The notes below the pieces were generated by a model. It did no database searches, was not told where the DNA came from, and saw only the letters and a program-made list of their open reading frames with translations. A DNA stretch of 56,185 nt, the filler included, from Sphacelaria rigidula (Eukaryota): assembly GCA_964200075.2 (NCBI GenBank). It is 5 parts of 5 records of this genome, joined end to end, with 100 filler letters (N's around TTAATTAATTAA, not from the genome) between each part and the next. Parts side by side here need not be neighbours in the genome. Positions count along the whole stretch, not along the records: positions 11,258 to 22,414 come from CAXNAA020005311.1; positions 22,515 to 33,671 come from CAXNAA020005312.1; 3 more parts are not named here. One strand, 5' to 3'. The translations under genes and the position numbers were made by a program. Shown here piece by piece: positions 11,870-25,380 of this stretch (position 1 is its first letter; every line of letters starts with the position of its first letter).

Positions 11870-12432
11870 TTTTGATGTTGGGTGAGTCAAGGGTATACGA
11901 GATGAATAAGAGAAGAGTTGATCCACATTCCCCTCTGCCCAGAGCACCTCCTTCGAGAAGCTTTCATTATGAAGGGTGGACGATGATGACAGTATCGGCT
12001 GTGTACTGTACGCAACGTAGGAATAACATGAAGAGCAGAAATACTTCCACAGCGACGCATGGCGGAACACAAACAGCGCCGACACACTGCGGGTATAGTA
12101 CGGCTGCTGCACGAGACCACGAAAGTTACGTATCAGCGAGTTATGACATCATCTAGGCAAGATTTGGGCGCTAGCCTGCGACACAGACGTTGCGAGTCCC
12201 ACACGTCGAACGAATCCGATAAGTTCTCCATTCTTTCATCCTTCTCGCATATCGACTCCTCAGCATGACCTTTATTCATTAGGTGAATATGACATGATCC
12301 AACAGATGAAACAAGTTTGAGTGAATAATGGGGTAAACTGAAGCGGAACATCAGCTCTACTTCCACTACCCATACTCCACCACACCCCGCAATCATCACG
12401 ACTCTGTCGCACCAACAGATGGTATCACTCAC

Positions 12433-12551
12433 GCTCGGTCGTTCACGTTCCACGCCGCGCGAAGCTTGCTGTACACGTCGGCCTCGAGATTGCCAGGGTT
12501 GTTGGCCTCCACTCGAGGGACTTCTAGGTACGCCCACCTGCCGTCCTTCAC
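12433..12551 (-). CDS. Tyrosinase-like protein, internal exon C
   Basis: cag|...|gtgagt, 119 nt, in frame with exon B. Encodes VKDGRWAYLEVPRVEANNPGNLEADVYSKLRAAWNVNDR. Confidence 0.82.
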
Positions 12552-13825
12552 CTGTGCCATTTGCATACGGGAGGAATATATAGGGAGAAGAGCAGAGGCG
12601 CTACCATGTCTACCTAGGCCTGGTGGTACGAGCACCTTCGATAGACATCGACACGGTGATCCAGCAGACCAATCGCAAGCGGACTTGCGGAGCACCCTGA
12701 AGACATATGGAACTCGGTACATGGTGCAGATCGCTCATGCACGGACCCACGGCCGCCACATGTGAGCACACGGATCATGTGTCCTACGCAGTATGCCATG
12801 AACCAAGACGACAACACGCCTCACCTTCGTCACAGCGGCAGTCACGTGGCTTCTGAAAATGGTGTAGATGGGATTATCTCCTCGACTTTCATCAGTCCCC
12901 ACGATGTCATTGGTATGTGGGATTCTATGTCAAGACACAGTCAGGGATGGCTCCATTGTTATCCGTTTTTGTCCCGACTAATACTCTAATTGTTCAATAC
13001 TTCGTAACTACGGTCAGGGTTTATGTTGGAACGAAGCACGACCCGGGCACTGGCGACGATTAACACGCTACACGATGCGATACAGAGAACAAAGTCCGTG
13101 AAAGCTCAAGATAGCCCACGTTTAGCGCCTTCAACACTCGAGAATGCAGCTCGAACCGTTGTATTCCCACGTCTTCACTCATCGCCGTAGGGCTCGGTGT
13201 AAGAAAATTTCAGTGACAAGGCCCCAGGCCCCAGGCACACAAGGCGACACGTCGGATGTGATCGTGTCACCATGCATGATCTGGCTGCCAAACGTCGCTC
13301 TCACGTAAGACAAAGGCAAGGCATACCACCATACCACCAGTAACACCGACAAAAGCATTTCCCCGACGAGTGCAAGAGTGGGAAAACGACAGAACGGGCA
13401 TAGGGCAACACATCGTGGATGACAACAATCAGCGTGTGCGGACATGGTCGATGACCATGAGTAGTCGATGACCACGAGTAACCCGAGACGGAAACAGAGC
13501 ACACTGATCGGGCGCACCGCAGCACTTTGGCACGGTCGAGGGTCGTGGAAGAACGACCTTCGATTTTCTAGCAAGCATCATCGTGCCGTGGGCACCGGAA
13601 TTTCATACAGCGATGACACATGCTGCTATTATAGCGCCATCGCCGCTGCCATTCGTCGCTTTTCACGAAAACGTACGACAAACGGAACACGGGCAGCACC
13701 TAGTGTTCTTCATGTGCAAGTTATCTCAAACACTCCGGCAAGCTTGCCGACTCAGCTTCCGAGAAGGACTCCGGGCGACGAGAGCACTAGGCAATTTCAA
13801 AACAAACAGTTTCACCGCAACGTAC

Positions 13826-14047
13826 CATCTGATCATCAGCGTCCTGGCTGCCGAACCAGTCTGGTTGAAACAAGGGAGAGTTCGCCTGGTTCTCGGGGAT
13901 GCTACCATCGTCGCCACCAAACGTGGATTTCTCAATGGTGAAGTCCCAGTATGGCACCGTCAGCTTGGGGTTGACCCTTTGCAAGCTATACTCAAACGTG
14001 TTGGTGAGCAGAGAGTGAGTCGTCAGGAATCCAAGGCCGTCGTGGAA
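13826..14047 (-). CDS. Tyrosinase-like protein, internal exon B (CuA region)
   Basis: cag|...|gtacgt, 222 nt. Encodes FHDGLGFLTTHSLLTNTFEYSLQRVNPKLTVPYWDFTIE...DWFGS, with the tyrosinase H-x8-H and PYWDF motifs. Confidence 0.9.
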
Positions 14048-15413
14048 CTGTAACGGTAGTCAAGAACATATAACGATACAAGAAGAGGAGAGAATCAGCA
14101 CAAGCACAACTGTCGAGACTGCCCGAGTGTCAAGTACACGTCATCAGGCCATCAGGCCATCAAGTCATCAAGTCATCAAGTGGGCGATGACGTATGTGAG
14201 ACCCCGCGGCACTAAATAGCGGTGAAATGCTCGGTGACAGTGCGCGGAATGAGAACAAATGGGAAAAGACGAAGGGCACGAACGACATAAAACTAAGTGT
14301 TGAAGCACCCTGAAGGGTGACTGATGACGGAGGAGCACAGCAAAGCAAGGTCCACACCGATGATAACGACCGCGAACCAACACACCGTATGAAAAACGAG
14401 GATGCACCAAGCAAACTCTGGCACAGGCGAGAAACTGAACAGAAAAAGAGTCGGACGGATCATCGCTGGTTGGAATCACCACATCTACGATATCTGAGGC
14501 TTGATCGGTCGGGAGAGAGTATACAGGTGACCGCGGCACAAAACATTCCCCACGCAACTTTTGCGCTATTCCACGTACCTCGAGTGCCCGTATCTGGGGT
14601 GAAACGTTGAAAGAAGGGCCAACCATTGACTCGTACGGTACGAATCGATTATATGAAAACCAAACAAATGCCATTCTAATCATGACTCGGTCGACCCTTA
14701 GAACAGACACACGCGGAAGATATCGAGCACCGTTAAGGAACACGATTTACCCGAAGAGACCGGTTGTAGCACGTCAACTGGTCCGGTACGGATGTTGGCA
14801 TGGTGACAACGGTGACGGCATCATGTACCCAACTTCAACAAATTCGACAACCCCTCGGAACACAACTCAAGGTAAGGGGCACAAATGGAAAGTGAACATC
14901 GCGTGTAACATGACCCCGCACACTTCAAGTAAAAGCAAAAAGGGGAGACTCAAAGCATGAGTGCTGGTACTGGTTGCAAAACGATCCATACAGACACCCG
15001 CTGCATGTAGCGTTCTCCATATGAAGCGTATTCGAATTGAGTTCACGTGGTACCCCAGAACAAGAGCGTTGCGACTCAGATACAACGTATGTACACGACA
15101 AAATCATGAGCTCGAACACACGAAATAGAGGAACGTCACGGAACAACATGTATGGCATGCAGAAGCCGTGGAGAGCTTCCGGAGAAGCTTCAAGCCACAT
15201 TCGTCACACCGCTGCGTGGAGACGGCAATTGCGGTGGATCATGGGAGCTGGATAACAACACCAGCGGAATTTTGTCCAACTCCAGGCAGTCCGCGAACGC
15301 TCCCGACATCGCTCGCCGACACAGCCGTTTCCCGTCACATGATTAGCGTAAGGCATGTATGCTGGGGTTAAAAACCTTCGATACAAAAGGAGCGAAGGTG
15401 GTCGACAGCTCAC

Positions 15414-15542
15414 GTGGTCACAATCTTGCGGGCCCGCCGCCTTGAAGTGCAGGCGGTTGATGGCCCAGATGTCAGAATAGTCATCGCCGTAGATCTCCCG
15501 GCCGTTACCGCCTTGAACCCGCACCGTCCACAACTTCAACAT
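15414..15542 (-). CDS. Tyrosinase-like type-3 copper protein, internal exon A
   Basis: cag|...|gtgagc, 129 nt, phase 0. Encodes MLKLWTVRVQGGNGREIYGDDYSDIWAINRLHFKAAGPQDCDH. Confidence 0.85.
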
Positions 15543-17419
15543 CTGTTGACAGCAAGCAAGAATCAAGGGATGGGAAGAGATTGTTCAAAATCAACTAGTG
15601 AGCGAATAAACACAAAGGCAAAGGATCGTGCACGGAGAATGGATGTTTTTTTTCGTTGTGGGGAACTTGCTCGTATACAGCAGTCTGCAAGCAAACTAGG
15701 CGGATTTTGCGATTGTGTGGTTTTATTTTAACTTCTCGCTTATTACTCCTCCTCAGCATTCGAGATTGCTGAATACCGTGAAAGTGAACAGGCCGTACTT
15801 AGGACACAATCCCCAAGCTGGTGTTGTCGGGGTGATGTGGAGTAATACCTCGTTCATCAGGAGAGTGTTGTTGGTCGTCATTGTTAACGGCAGCAATAGA
15901 TATTTTGGTGCAATCGAGCAAAAATACTCAAGAGTCAAAACCTGGAGCTGTAAACTCGTAGGACCCCCGGGAACAGGTCACGCCGTAACTCGTTCAGTGT
16001 CGAGAACAGGAACGTTTTCTTTTTCTCGGAATTTGAAGCGGATGCTAGTATCCCCCAGGGCCCAAACTTCGGGACCGAACGTCCTCTGTGATGGGCAGTG
16101 GCGCACGAAGAATCGCCAAAAACACCCGAATAAAATTGCCTAGTTTGTTTACAGGCTACTATACAGTAGCACGCCGCTACAGCACCGTACAGACCGTCAT
16201 CAATGTTCCCACTCAGCCAGCAAAGGGCATGTTTTATGCAAACGGCGTTCCACCACGCCGCGCCAATAACTGTAGCCCGGGGTTACCGGATTCAAACTCC
16301 CACCGTAGAATTTCGTCTTTATATTTCGGAAGTGCGACGGGATGACGTGGCGGAATCAATGCCCATGAAGGCAGATCGGCTTCAGGAGTGCGGGCCCGAT
16401 GCATTTCAACTTCCAGAACATTTTCAGTATCCTTCCGCTCCGTTCCCTCCTTCTTCTCCCATCCCTATTATTTTCACAGCCGGTTCTAATTTTCGGGGTT
16501 GAAAACTAGAGGGATTTATAAATATGTACCCCCAATTCGAAAATAGAGATTTCACGCCAAACAGTACCACCAAGGGAAAGCATCTTCACAAGCAGAGTTT
16601 TCGTAGATTCGCCGGTGTGGTTAAGTGCACCAAAAGAATGCCGTGCACACGCATGTCGATGATGATACCACCAGGGGAGCAACGGCGGAGAGGAAGGTCC
16701 TTGCCGGTGTCCTTCGTGTGTCCTTGTTCGGCGATTCCCAATCGCTGCAGAGATTGGTATCATGTGAAGTACCAGCACTTGCCCCGGTTGCCATGTGTGG
16801 GCAGGCGGGTAGCACAGCGGCGGAAACAAGATCGCGGGATGCCCCGGTTGTCTTCCCTTGCCTGTGGAACTGCCAAGTGCAAACAGCGATTTCTCTCTAC
16901 CTCCCTGCTTGGACAGGAAGTGCCTCCGTGCGCAGTAGAACACGTTGTCGAAAAGCAGGGTGATGTTCCCGTCACCGCTACTGTTCTCTATATGCGAGCA
17001 AGGATGGCTGAGTCCTTGCGGCAAGATCTAATAATCGCAAGCATGGGGGTTTTATTGCAGTCCTTGATTTCACCCGACGCCTGCAAAACAAGAACAACAG
17101 GTAATCTGCCACATCCCACTTGGGGGCATGTATGAATGAGAGATCAAACAATCGTGTAGACCTTCTTGGTATGCAGGGTAAAAAAGGATACCTTCCGTGG
17201 GTGACTTCACTCTTGCTGGCGTGACCGAAATGAGGGCTGAGATCCTGAATTTGAGCTTTTCTGCTGTCGCCCGGTCGCATGCATACTGGGGGTATCGTGA
17301 GGGTATTTGTCGCAAAAACATATGTGAGGAGAATCGTCCCAAGCTGAGGCGAGATATGGTTAATAACAGGCATGTCATATGATTTACCACATGTCATTGC
17401 ATTCGTGACCCGCGCCATT

Positions 17420-20199
17420 AAGCGCTGACCAGGGAGGTCTTGACTGAGAACAGCTTTCGGGAAACGACAGGGAGAGGTAGGCAGTCGGTTCAGCGCGGGA
17501 TATTACTGCAATTTAGCTGCGAGTGTACTGACCGACTGTAGCGATTCGATCGTACAAGCCTTGCAGGAAGAGAAGGGTAATCATGTCAGAATTTGTGCTG
17601 AACTCGACATGCTCGGAGGTGGAGGGATATTTGCTAGGAAAACGGTTTAACCGATGAAGGCGTTCCCTGATCAACAGTATGCCCCGTCAAAATCTGCGCT
17701 GATATGGGACAAGGGCATATCGTCAAGATTATGATAAACTGGTTGCAGCAGTAACAGAGTACACTTCTCTCCAATTTTGTGACAAGTACTCCGGTAAATC
17801 AAAAGCCGGACCATGTGGCAATGAAATTGAGACCGCCTTGAGCACAACCCACCCAGGCGCGAGAGGATTTCGTCGCCAAAATAGTCGTGACCGCGGGCGT
17901 GATAGCAGTAATTTCAGTACAAGTTCCTCACGCCAGACTTGTGATAACACTAGCGAGCGAAGCCGCAACGAAGCTGGATCTGGTCGAGGAACACGCGGAA
18001 GGGGACGTGGCCGTGACGTCAACAGGCAAGGTCGACGCAACTATTATCGCAACTCGTGTGAGTATGGGTGGAACAAGTGCCCCCTCCGTCTCCGGCACGA
18101 ACGTGTTGATCCTCAGAGAGAGCAAGCTGCAGCAGCCACCACGCAAAATTTAACGGCCACCACGATCACAGAAAATTCCAATACCCAATACCTGGGTGAT
18201 GAGTGCTGCCAGTGGCGCCCACACAGCAAAAACGCTTGTTACCGCGTGGTGTACACATTCAATTTGCGATAATACGACAAACGATCCGCTTGACGAAGTG
18301 TATACTGACAGCAGCAACTGCACATATGGCCTCTGACGCGTCCAAATTTGCTGATTCCGTGGTAAACCCGAGTGAGTGCAACGTCACAATAAAGCGGTCG
18401 AGCGGCACAACGGCTGCCAAGAAGCGGGGAACATTCTTGTTTTCTTTGAGGAAGCAACATGAACGATTCGTTCGGATCTCTGTGGAGGTCCTGTGTACCC
18501 AACCTTGGAGCGAACTTATTTCAGGTTGGTGCTCTACAGGAGAAAGGCGAGTGGGTTGACCTGGTTTCATCTCCACCCGCCTCACGTTTTGGACCTCACG
18601 CCTTCCCGCTATCGACTGAGGTATCACGTCTTTTTGCCCTGCCGTTGATGCTGGAGACACGAGAAGCCCACGCGCCCTTTACCCCGGTTGCAAGCGCTGA
18701 TTTATGGCATCGCAGACTGGGCCACTGCAACTCCCGGGCACTTCTAGAGCTGGTGAAGAATGAGTCAACAGGTGTGCGATTTAGTGACAATATCAAGCCT
18801 GGTGACTGCAATATCTGCTCTGTAGATGAGGGCAGGAAATGGCCTCATCCCCCATCGGTTCGCCCCCGGGCGCAGACGCACTCGGCGATTGCTCACGTAG
18901 ATTTACGGGGAAAGCACAGTGTCCCATCCTATAGTGGTTGTCGGTATGTTGCTATGTTCACGGGCGATATGACATGAATGCGCTGGGCCATTCCTACGAA
19001 CACGAAGGATGAAGCAGTCGATGCGCTCGGGCCATTAGTTCGTGAAGTTGCTGACCAGGAGGAAATCTTCATTGGTACCATCAGGTTGCAATGGTGGTGG
19101 CGAATTTCAAGGGATGTTGTAAAACTTGGCGATGTCTCTCAGAAGAAAGATTGAGACCAATGCGCCTTACATTTCGCAAGGAAACGCCGTTGCCGAGCGT
19201 CGCTTTGGGACTAGAATCGGAGTAGCTCGTTGCTTCATGTTCGGCAATCCACACGTTTCACCGAAACTCCGGCCTGAAGCGGGGAAAATCGGGGTTAACA
19301 TCTGCAATAGGACTCCTACTGACGTACTCGAAGGCAAGGCGCCTCTTCAATGGTGGATGAATAAGCCCTCAGGAGGACTCAAGCACACGCACAAAATTAG
19401 ATCAACCGCCTTCAGAAAAATTGAAGAGCAAAACAGAAACGGCAAACTGGCACCTCGAGTCCAGAAAATAATCATGGTGGGATTTAAAACGAAGAACAAG
19501 ACTTACCGACTCTGGACACCTGGAAGACCGCACGAAATTCAAAATTCAGCTCAAGCGTCACTTCAGGAAAGGACACACGTGATGAGGTCGACGCCGACCG
19601 TGGGTACGACCCTTTCCCGGAGGCAAATTCTGCGTCTATGGAAGGGGAGGGAGTAAACATGAAGGAAACATGAAGGAAACTCTCAGAATGAAAGTGAGGA
19701 ACGGGGAAATCCAGCACCCAACGATCCTCGACGGATCCGGCTAAGTGACCAGCAGCGTGGGCCGCCTCCTGAAACAAGTCAGTGGTCGCTTCAAAATGAT
19801 GCTGACATCTCCAACGAAGCCATTTTTGCGCGGAATAAATATGCCATAGTTACCGGGAGCTTTGACGCTGTTGGATCGACGACTCCAGGTCAAGTTAGAT
19901 ACGTGTCTGGTGATCCTAATAGGTTCGATCAAGCCATGAAAGATTATGCTTCTGAGTGGAGTGGCAGCATGATGGAAGAGCGAAAGTCCTTGGAGGGCCA
20001 CAATGTTTCTGACGGGGTGGGCGTACCAACTGGTACTAACGTCCAACTTCTCCCATTCGTTTTTTTTTACCTCAGAGTGTACAACAAGGATGGCAAGCTC
20101 AGTCGAGTCAAATCGAGAGTGGTGGTGCAAGGATTCAAGGATTCTACTTCTACGAGCTCACCCACCCTCCCGGAGAGCAATTTTCGAAAATTGGCGTGA
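17420..20199 (+). mobile_element. Decayed, 3'-truncated Ty1/Copia
   Basis: RGRG-rich gag with a degenerate knuckle. Protease-like ILTAATAHM. GAG-pre-integrase LWHRRLGHCN...CNIC. Integrase NAVAERRFGT and NRTPT. RT start RVKSRVVVQGF. Ends are approximate. Confidence 0.88.
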
Positions 20200-20899
20200 T
20201 ATTTTTCATTATTGACTCATGTTGTTCAAGAAATATATCAAGAAACACTGACAAAACCGGAAAGTCTGGTGGGCGTTGCGAGGTTTGCATACTTGCGTCT
20301 GCTCTTCGCCCGCTGTCCCAATTAACTCGGATGCCGGCCACGCTCACACACATGTATGCACAGGAGCGCTCGATAGCGACGGCCTGCAGCCAAAAGTAGC
20401 AATTCTATCTCGCGCCTCGCCAAACTTGCCCGGACTACTGCTAGCTACTCGGGCCATATGGAGAGTGATGAGCTCGGGGGAGCGACGTGTCCACCATCTC
20501 ATCGGTCTCCATGCCAAGGATCTCTGTACACGGCAACTGACTGTATCCGTCAATTCCTCGGCAATAATCCAGGGGACAGCAGAGTGGGTGTCCCCCACCC
20601 CCTCTCAAAACTCGAATTTCTGATCTTGGGGTCCACGCGTGTCCAGAAAACGTTTGTTGACAGACCCTTGGTATATGCCACATGAAATTATGAGCTGGGC
20701 CAGCAGTAAATCTCGCATTCGCTCCCCACACAACTTCTCAAGTTTTCCATATCAGCGCGACTTGAGCATATCGCTGTGAAGTGCAGACAAACCTGGTAAC
20801 ACACGGCACAGTCGCTGAGTAAAAAAAATTAATGAAAAAAATAAACTTCAAAATCATGACCTCCACGACGAACGAAAAAAAAGGAATCTGTCGGGATTG

Positions 20900-21200
20900 G
20901 GAGTCTTCTGTGACAACATATTCGTGAGATTGACAGTAGAGCGCTGATTGAGAGTGGCCTTGATAATTCGCTGTAACTTGGCCAAATTTTCATTCCGTAT
21001 GTGCTTTTCATTTCCTCCATCACTGGCGTGTGCTTACAGCTACACATCGATATCCTACTCAGGGATATCAAGGGCCTCAGTGGCAAGCTACTACAGAAAG
21101 AATCATGGGCCTCGTGGAGGGGCATTTCGGAACTGAAACGATTCGTTTACTAATTGGCCGCTTTTCACTCTCAATCGTATCCTTTACTCTCAATCTCACG
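20900..21200 (+). repeat. Dispersed repeat, also at about 51380-51660, with a degenerate tandem partial copy at about 21330-21600
   Basis: Shared GTGTGCTTACAGCTACA..TCGATATCCTACTCAGGGATA...CAGTGGCAA..CTACTACA. Confidence 0.75.
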
Positions 21201-22414
21201 GAAACATTGTTCTGCATCACTTGAATTAAACAGACGCAGCTGTGTCACACAAGAAGTGCGACCCAAAGCCCAATTTGAGGTATTTTTGGCCGAAAGTTCA
21301 CCACGATTTCGTTGACGCGGGTGTCCGTGTGTAATAACATATTCGTGAGATTCAGAACGTTATGTCGGATTCAGAGTGGACGCAGGCAACTTTTTTTTTT
21401 TCTTTGCTTGATCACACGTCCTGTGCATGCAGCTACCGTACCGTACCCCATTCGAAGAATTCGGCGGTCTGGTTGGTGAGATACCGCACAAAGCATTTTT
21501 ACGCCTGGGGGGGGGCGTTTTGGCCTGAAACTGTTTCAGGCACTAATCGGTTTTTCCAGAAAGAGGGAATATTTTGTTGCAATGGACTCACGACGTCGTT
21601 GCGATCAAGAGATGTGTCGAATTGATCGTGTAGGTGGTAGCTTTCATTGAAGCCACCGCTTCACCAGCTCGGCGCATTACTCCGCGAACTGTGGCGATGT
21701 CAAAATCGACGGGAGAGTCCGTTGTTTCGGGTCTCACTCTGAATCCGATGTCGAACTCTGCATCTCACGAATGTAGTGTCATGTGTTGGAGCGTTGCCTG
21801 TCGTTGTTTTCATCAATTTTGAAGGAAGTTACATAATACGAGGTAGCACTTTTCCTGTTTTTGCCGATTCCTCAACTTGCTCCAACTTTCTGTTTTTTTT
21901 CTTTCCTCTGCACCACGAATAAGATGGGGCGGGTCTCTATGATAAAAATGTCGTGTCAAAATTTCAGCGCCCAAGGTCGTTTATTCCGGTTCGTCTTTTT
22001 CTCTCGTATTTTGTCAAAAACGACGAAACAATACAAGATGGCTATAAATAATAACTTACGGTTCGTATCTTCACAGGATTCTCGGGGGGGGAAAATGAGA
22101 CGCAGTCTTACGCCGGAAGAAGAAAAACGAATTTCTGTGTGCCTGGTCGCGTACTCAAGTCATAGTATAAGGTTTGAGATGAAATCAGCCACAGAGCAGG
22201 TACTGTTGGCATGAGAGTTGCGCCCTCGGCGGAGGGGTAGGAGCCCAGCAAGCGGCATTGCTGTGAAGACCCTCACTCAGAAGAACACACTACAGCGAAA
22301 ACAGCGGCATGGATGGGGTCGACCGTTGCCTGGAACGGGCAACACTGGCATGACGGAGTGCAGGTTGAGCAGATATCAATGCTGTAGACGGCAGGTGAGA
22401 ATATTGGGGGGGGG

Positions 22415-22514
22415 NNNNNNNNNNNNNNNNNNNNNNNNNNNNNNNNNNNNNNNNNNNNTTAATTAATTAANNNNNNNNNNNNNNNNNNNNNNNNNNNNNN
22501 NNNNNNNNNNNNNN
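22415..22514. other. Artificial contig spacer
   Basis: N44-TTAATTAATTAA-N44. Confidence 0.98.
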
Positions 22515-23557
22515 GTTTCCGGTGATGAGATATTGCTCTGCCAGGTTAAATCCGTTTCTGGGCTGGTCCAGCTCGTTCGTAGGGGTGCGGAAAAAAGTTG
22601 ATTTTTTTTCAAACTTTAGTCACGTCGCTTCATCTGAGGCATCAATGGATTTCAACCCAACCTTTTGCTATGGAAAGATTGGCCTTTCTAGATGGTGAAA
22701 ACACGCTCCTAGTCTCTACCGATGACGTCATGCGAGCGCCATGCTCTGCCATAACACCGGAGGTGAAGTTCGACGGGGGGGGGGTGGTGTTCACCTTAGG
22801 CTGCACGGATTCTGCAAATGCTCCAAGCAGACATCACCATTATCAGCGCAACTTGCGAGAGAACCTGCTTGTCCGTATATCAACACACCTCGACCGTCTT
22901 CGAGCCCACTCCTTCCACTTGGGCGATGCTTTCAGGTCCGCAGCTGCAGGCACAAGGTGCGCGGAAGCTCGGGGCGAAATTAGGATATTTGCCATCATCC
23001 ACCGTTTCTCGCGGAGGCGTCTATTTCGCTATACATACAAAAAAAGATTCCCCGGCGAAACACTTGTATACTTGTATTCTGAGTGTACTCGTAGCCTTAC
23101 CCGCCGCTTCAGTTTCTGCGGGCAGGTGCCCGCACGAAGGCACACCTGTTTCTTGATTTTTTTGCTCATCCTGAAACACAGCTGCCGATCACTCAGTACG
23201 AACTCGGGTATCTGAAAGATGCGGCTAACCTATGAAGTTGGTGGGGCCGCGACATTGATTGATTGATTGATTACAGTTTTCACATTGTTTTTTTTTTGCT
23301 AGCCTGTAATCACGGAAGGCGTCCGCATCAGATGCCCAGGACGAGTGTACCGTGCAGATATGGGAACGGTTTTTAATGTGAAGACAACAACAACTACAAC
23401 AACATTAGCTGATTGCAACAATTCAGCCCGTGGTCAGGAGCAGCAAAAAAAAAGTATTTAATTGGGGATAAATCCGGGTGATCCGATCGATGAAAACGAT
23501 GAAAAATTGACACAATATCAAAATATAGACTCGGTCTCTTTGTCTCCGATACTACAG

Positions 23558-23849
23558 ATCCGATCTTGTCCACTCATGGTTGAAGTAACTGTTCGGCAAA
23601 ATCCCCCCATCTATTCGGCGAACATTCCGCTGCTGCAAGTGGATGTCTCCGTTCGATCTGGAGACGGCGCAGACAGATCGATCGTCCACGTCTTTACCGG
23701 AATCCTTCATTTAGGTCCAGCAGTTGTCACTCGTACGCTCCCTTGGAGTCGGGGCGTGCAACCCGTTCATCACTCAATAATCTCCGACGAGCACCGCGAG
23801 AATCTGAACACGGCGACAATATTCAAAATAAAAGAGCATCAACCCCCCG
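23558..23849 (+). CDS. Candidate exon of an unknown spliced gene
   Basis: ctacag|ATC...CCCG|gtgaga. Open frame, and its phase-1 end fits the next candidate exon. Confidence 0.35.
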
Positions 23850-24257
23850 GTGAGAGAAACACAAAGACGATCGTTGTAATGATTGATCACTGACGCCTGG
23901 CCTACGGGGGTAGCGGCAGCGCTTGCCATACTAGGCCGACGCTGTAAGGTGACGGACGATGCACTTGTCATGCCGAGCGATACACTGGCTGTACACAACC
24001 TCACGCCACGCACAGGAATCACCAGAAAAGTGCACAATATTCTGCGGCAGCTCACACAAGCACGCTGTGCTATGGCTAAAGTACAATAGGTGCACGTCAT
24101 CGCCTCGGGGTTGCGTGTTGATTTGCTGACTATTGTATGACATGGTCGGTGTCCATATTCACCTTGCATGATAGAACGAAGTGCTGACGGTGCCGTTTTT
24201 GTCATGTTGAATTTCATCCCCGCGTGCAAAACTCCGCTTCTTTTCACCTGACGTTAG

Positions 24258-24538
24258 CACCAATCGCATCCACCTCGTTTAGAAAGATGATGAAGACTCG
24301 AGACGCGCCCGGTGGATGGTGGAATTACCGCAAAGGCAACAAGGCACCAAAATCGGTAGATGTCATTGCGGACGACCTTGCGACGGAACAAAAGGCACAG
24401 CAGTCGATGGCTCTTTTCTCCCAATGGATAGCTGCCGCCGCGGCTCTTGCCGCGGCGGGCGATGGTGGGGTTTCTGATGAAGAGAGCAATGAGCTTTGGC
24501 AGATGGCGTTGAGACTGCGACTTGTTTTATTGCCGGAG
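24258..24538 (+). CDS. Candidate exon of an unknown spliced gene
   Basis: Pyrimidine tract, ttag|CA...GAG|gtaaga. Protein-like PIASTSFRKMMKTRDAPGGWWNYRKG...LVLLPE. Confidence 0.4.
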
Positions 24539-25170
24539 GTAAGAGTGTGATGTTTCAACGTGGCACTTCATGAGGCAGCGTGATCAACAGATCCAACAGT
24601 ACAGCAGGGGCCATTTGTCATGTTATGTCGCGATCAGGGTTCCGCTGTCTCTTTTAGTGTTCTCAGACGTCACAATCAAGAAGTGTGAAGTATATATAAC
24701 TGTGCTGATGTTGTATTATTAGAGGTGTCTCAAACTCCAGGGGACACAGAGCAGTTCATGTGCAACCGCGACCTTATGGCACCCTTGTGTCTAATCCAAG
24801 ACATCTGACGAAACCGCACAGCAGTAGACAAGCTGTGAAAAAATAGCCTTCTGAAGCCGCGGAAGATGAATACTTGGTGGCGTCCATCGTTGTTCCGTGC
24901 ACGAGTCCTCAACAGCCAGAGGTTCCAATTTGTTCCACCTCTTTTTAGGCATTGCCGCACAGAGAGTCTCCCTGCCTCCTTCCGCGGTCGGACATACCCC
25001 ATGCGCACTGATCAACAATTCACCATGTACACACGTAGATACTCCTCGTACCCTGATACTATTCCGGTAAATTGATGTGCTGCCACTGTTATAGTTAGTG
25101 GTTGTATCACACTGGTTATCATCTTTAGCCCGCCCTCGGAGTGTGGTACAAGGCAGCTTGCTACTCGTGA

Positions 25171-25380
25171 AGGCATGTCAAACTCGGCTCCCGGTATCCT
25201 GTTTTTTTTTGTCCTTTTTTTTCCAGTGGAAGTGATGCCGATTCATCAGAGATGATGAGACCCTTTGACCGCCAGGTCAGGTCCTCCTATGAATCACGAT
25301 CACTTTCACTTGAGGAAAATAGTACGAGACTCAGAGCCAGCGAATGAAGCAGGATACCGGGAGCCGAGTTTGAGATACCT
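25171..25380. mobile_element. Small MITE
   Basis: Perfect 24-bp inverted repeat TCAAACTCGGCTCCCGGTATCCTG at 25178-25201 and 25350-25373. Confidence 0.75.

Noticed and set aside
1..15542. Transposon cluster at 1-11157 as a giant intron of the tyrosinase gene
   Set aside because: The two regions lie on different concatenated contigs, with no evidence of linkage.
16524..17135. 203-aa ORF upstream of the Copia
   Set aside because: It has no motifs and an unprotein-like composition, and is probably Copia leader or decayed sequence.
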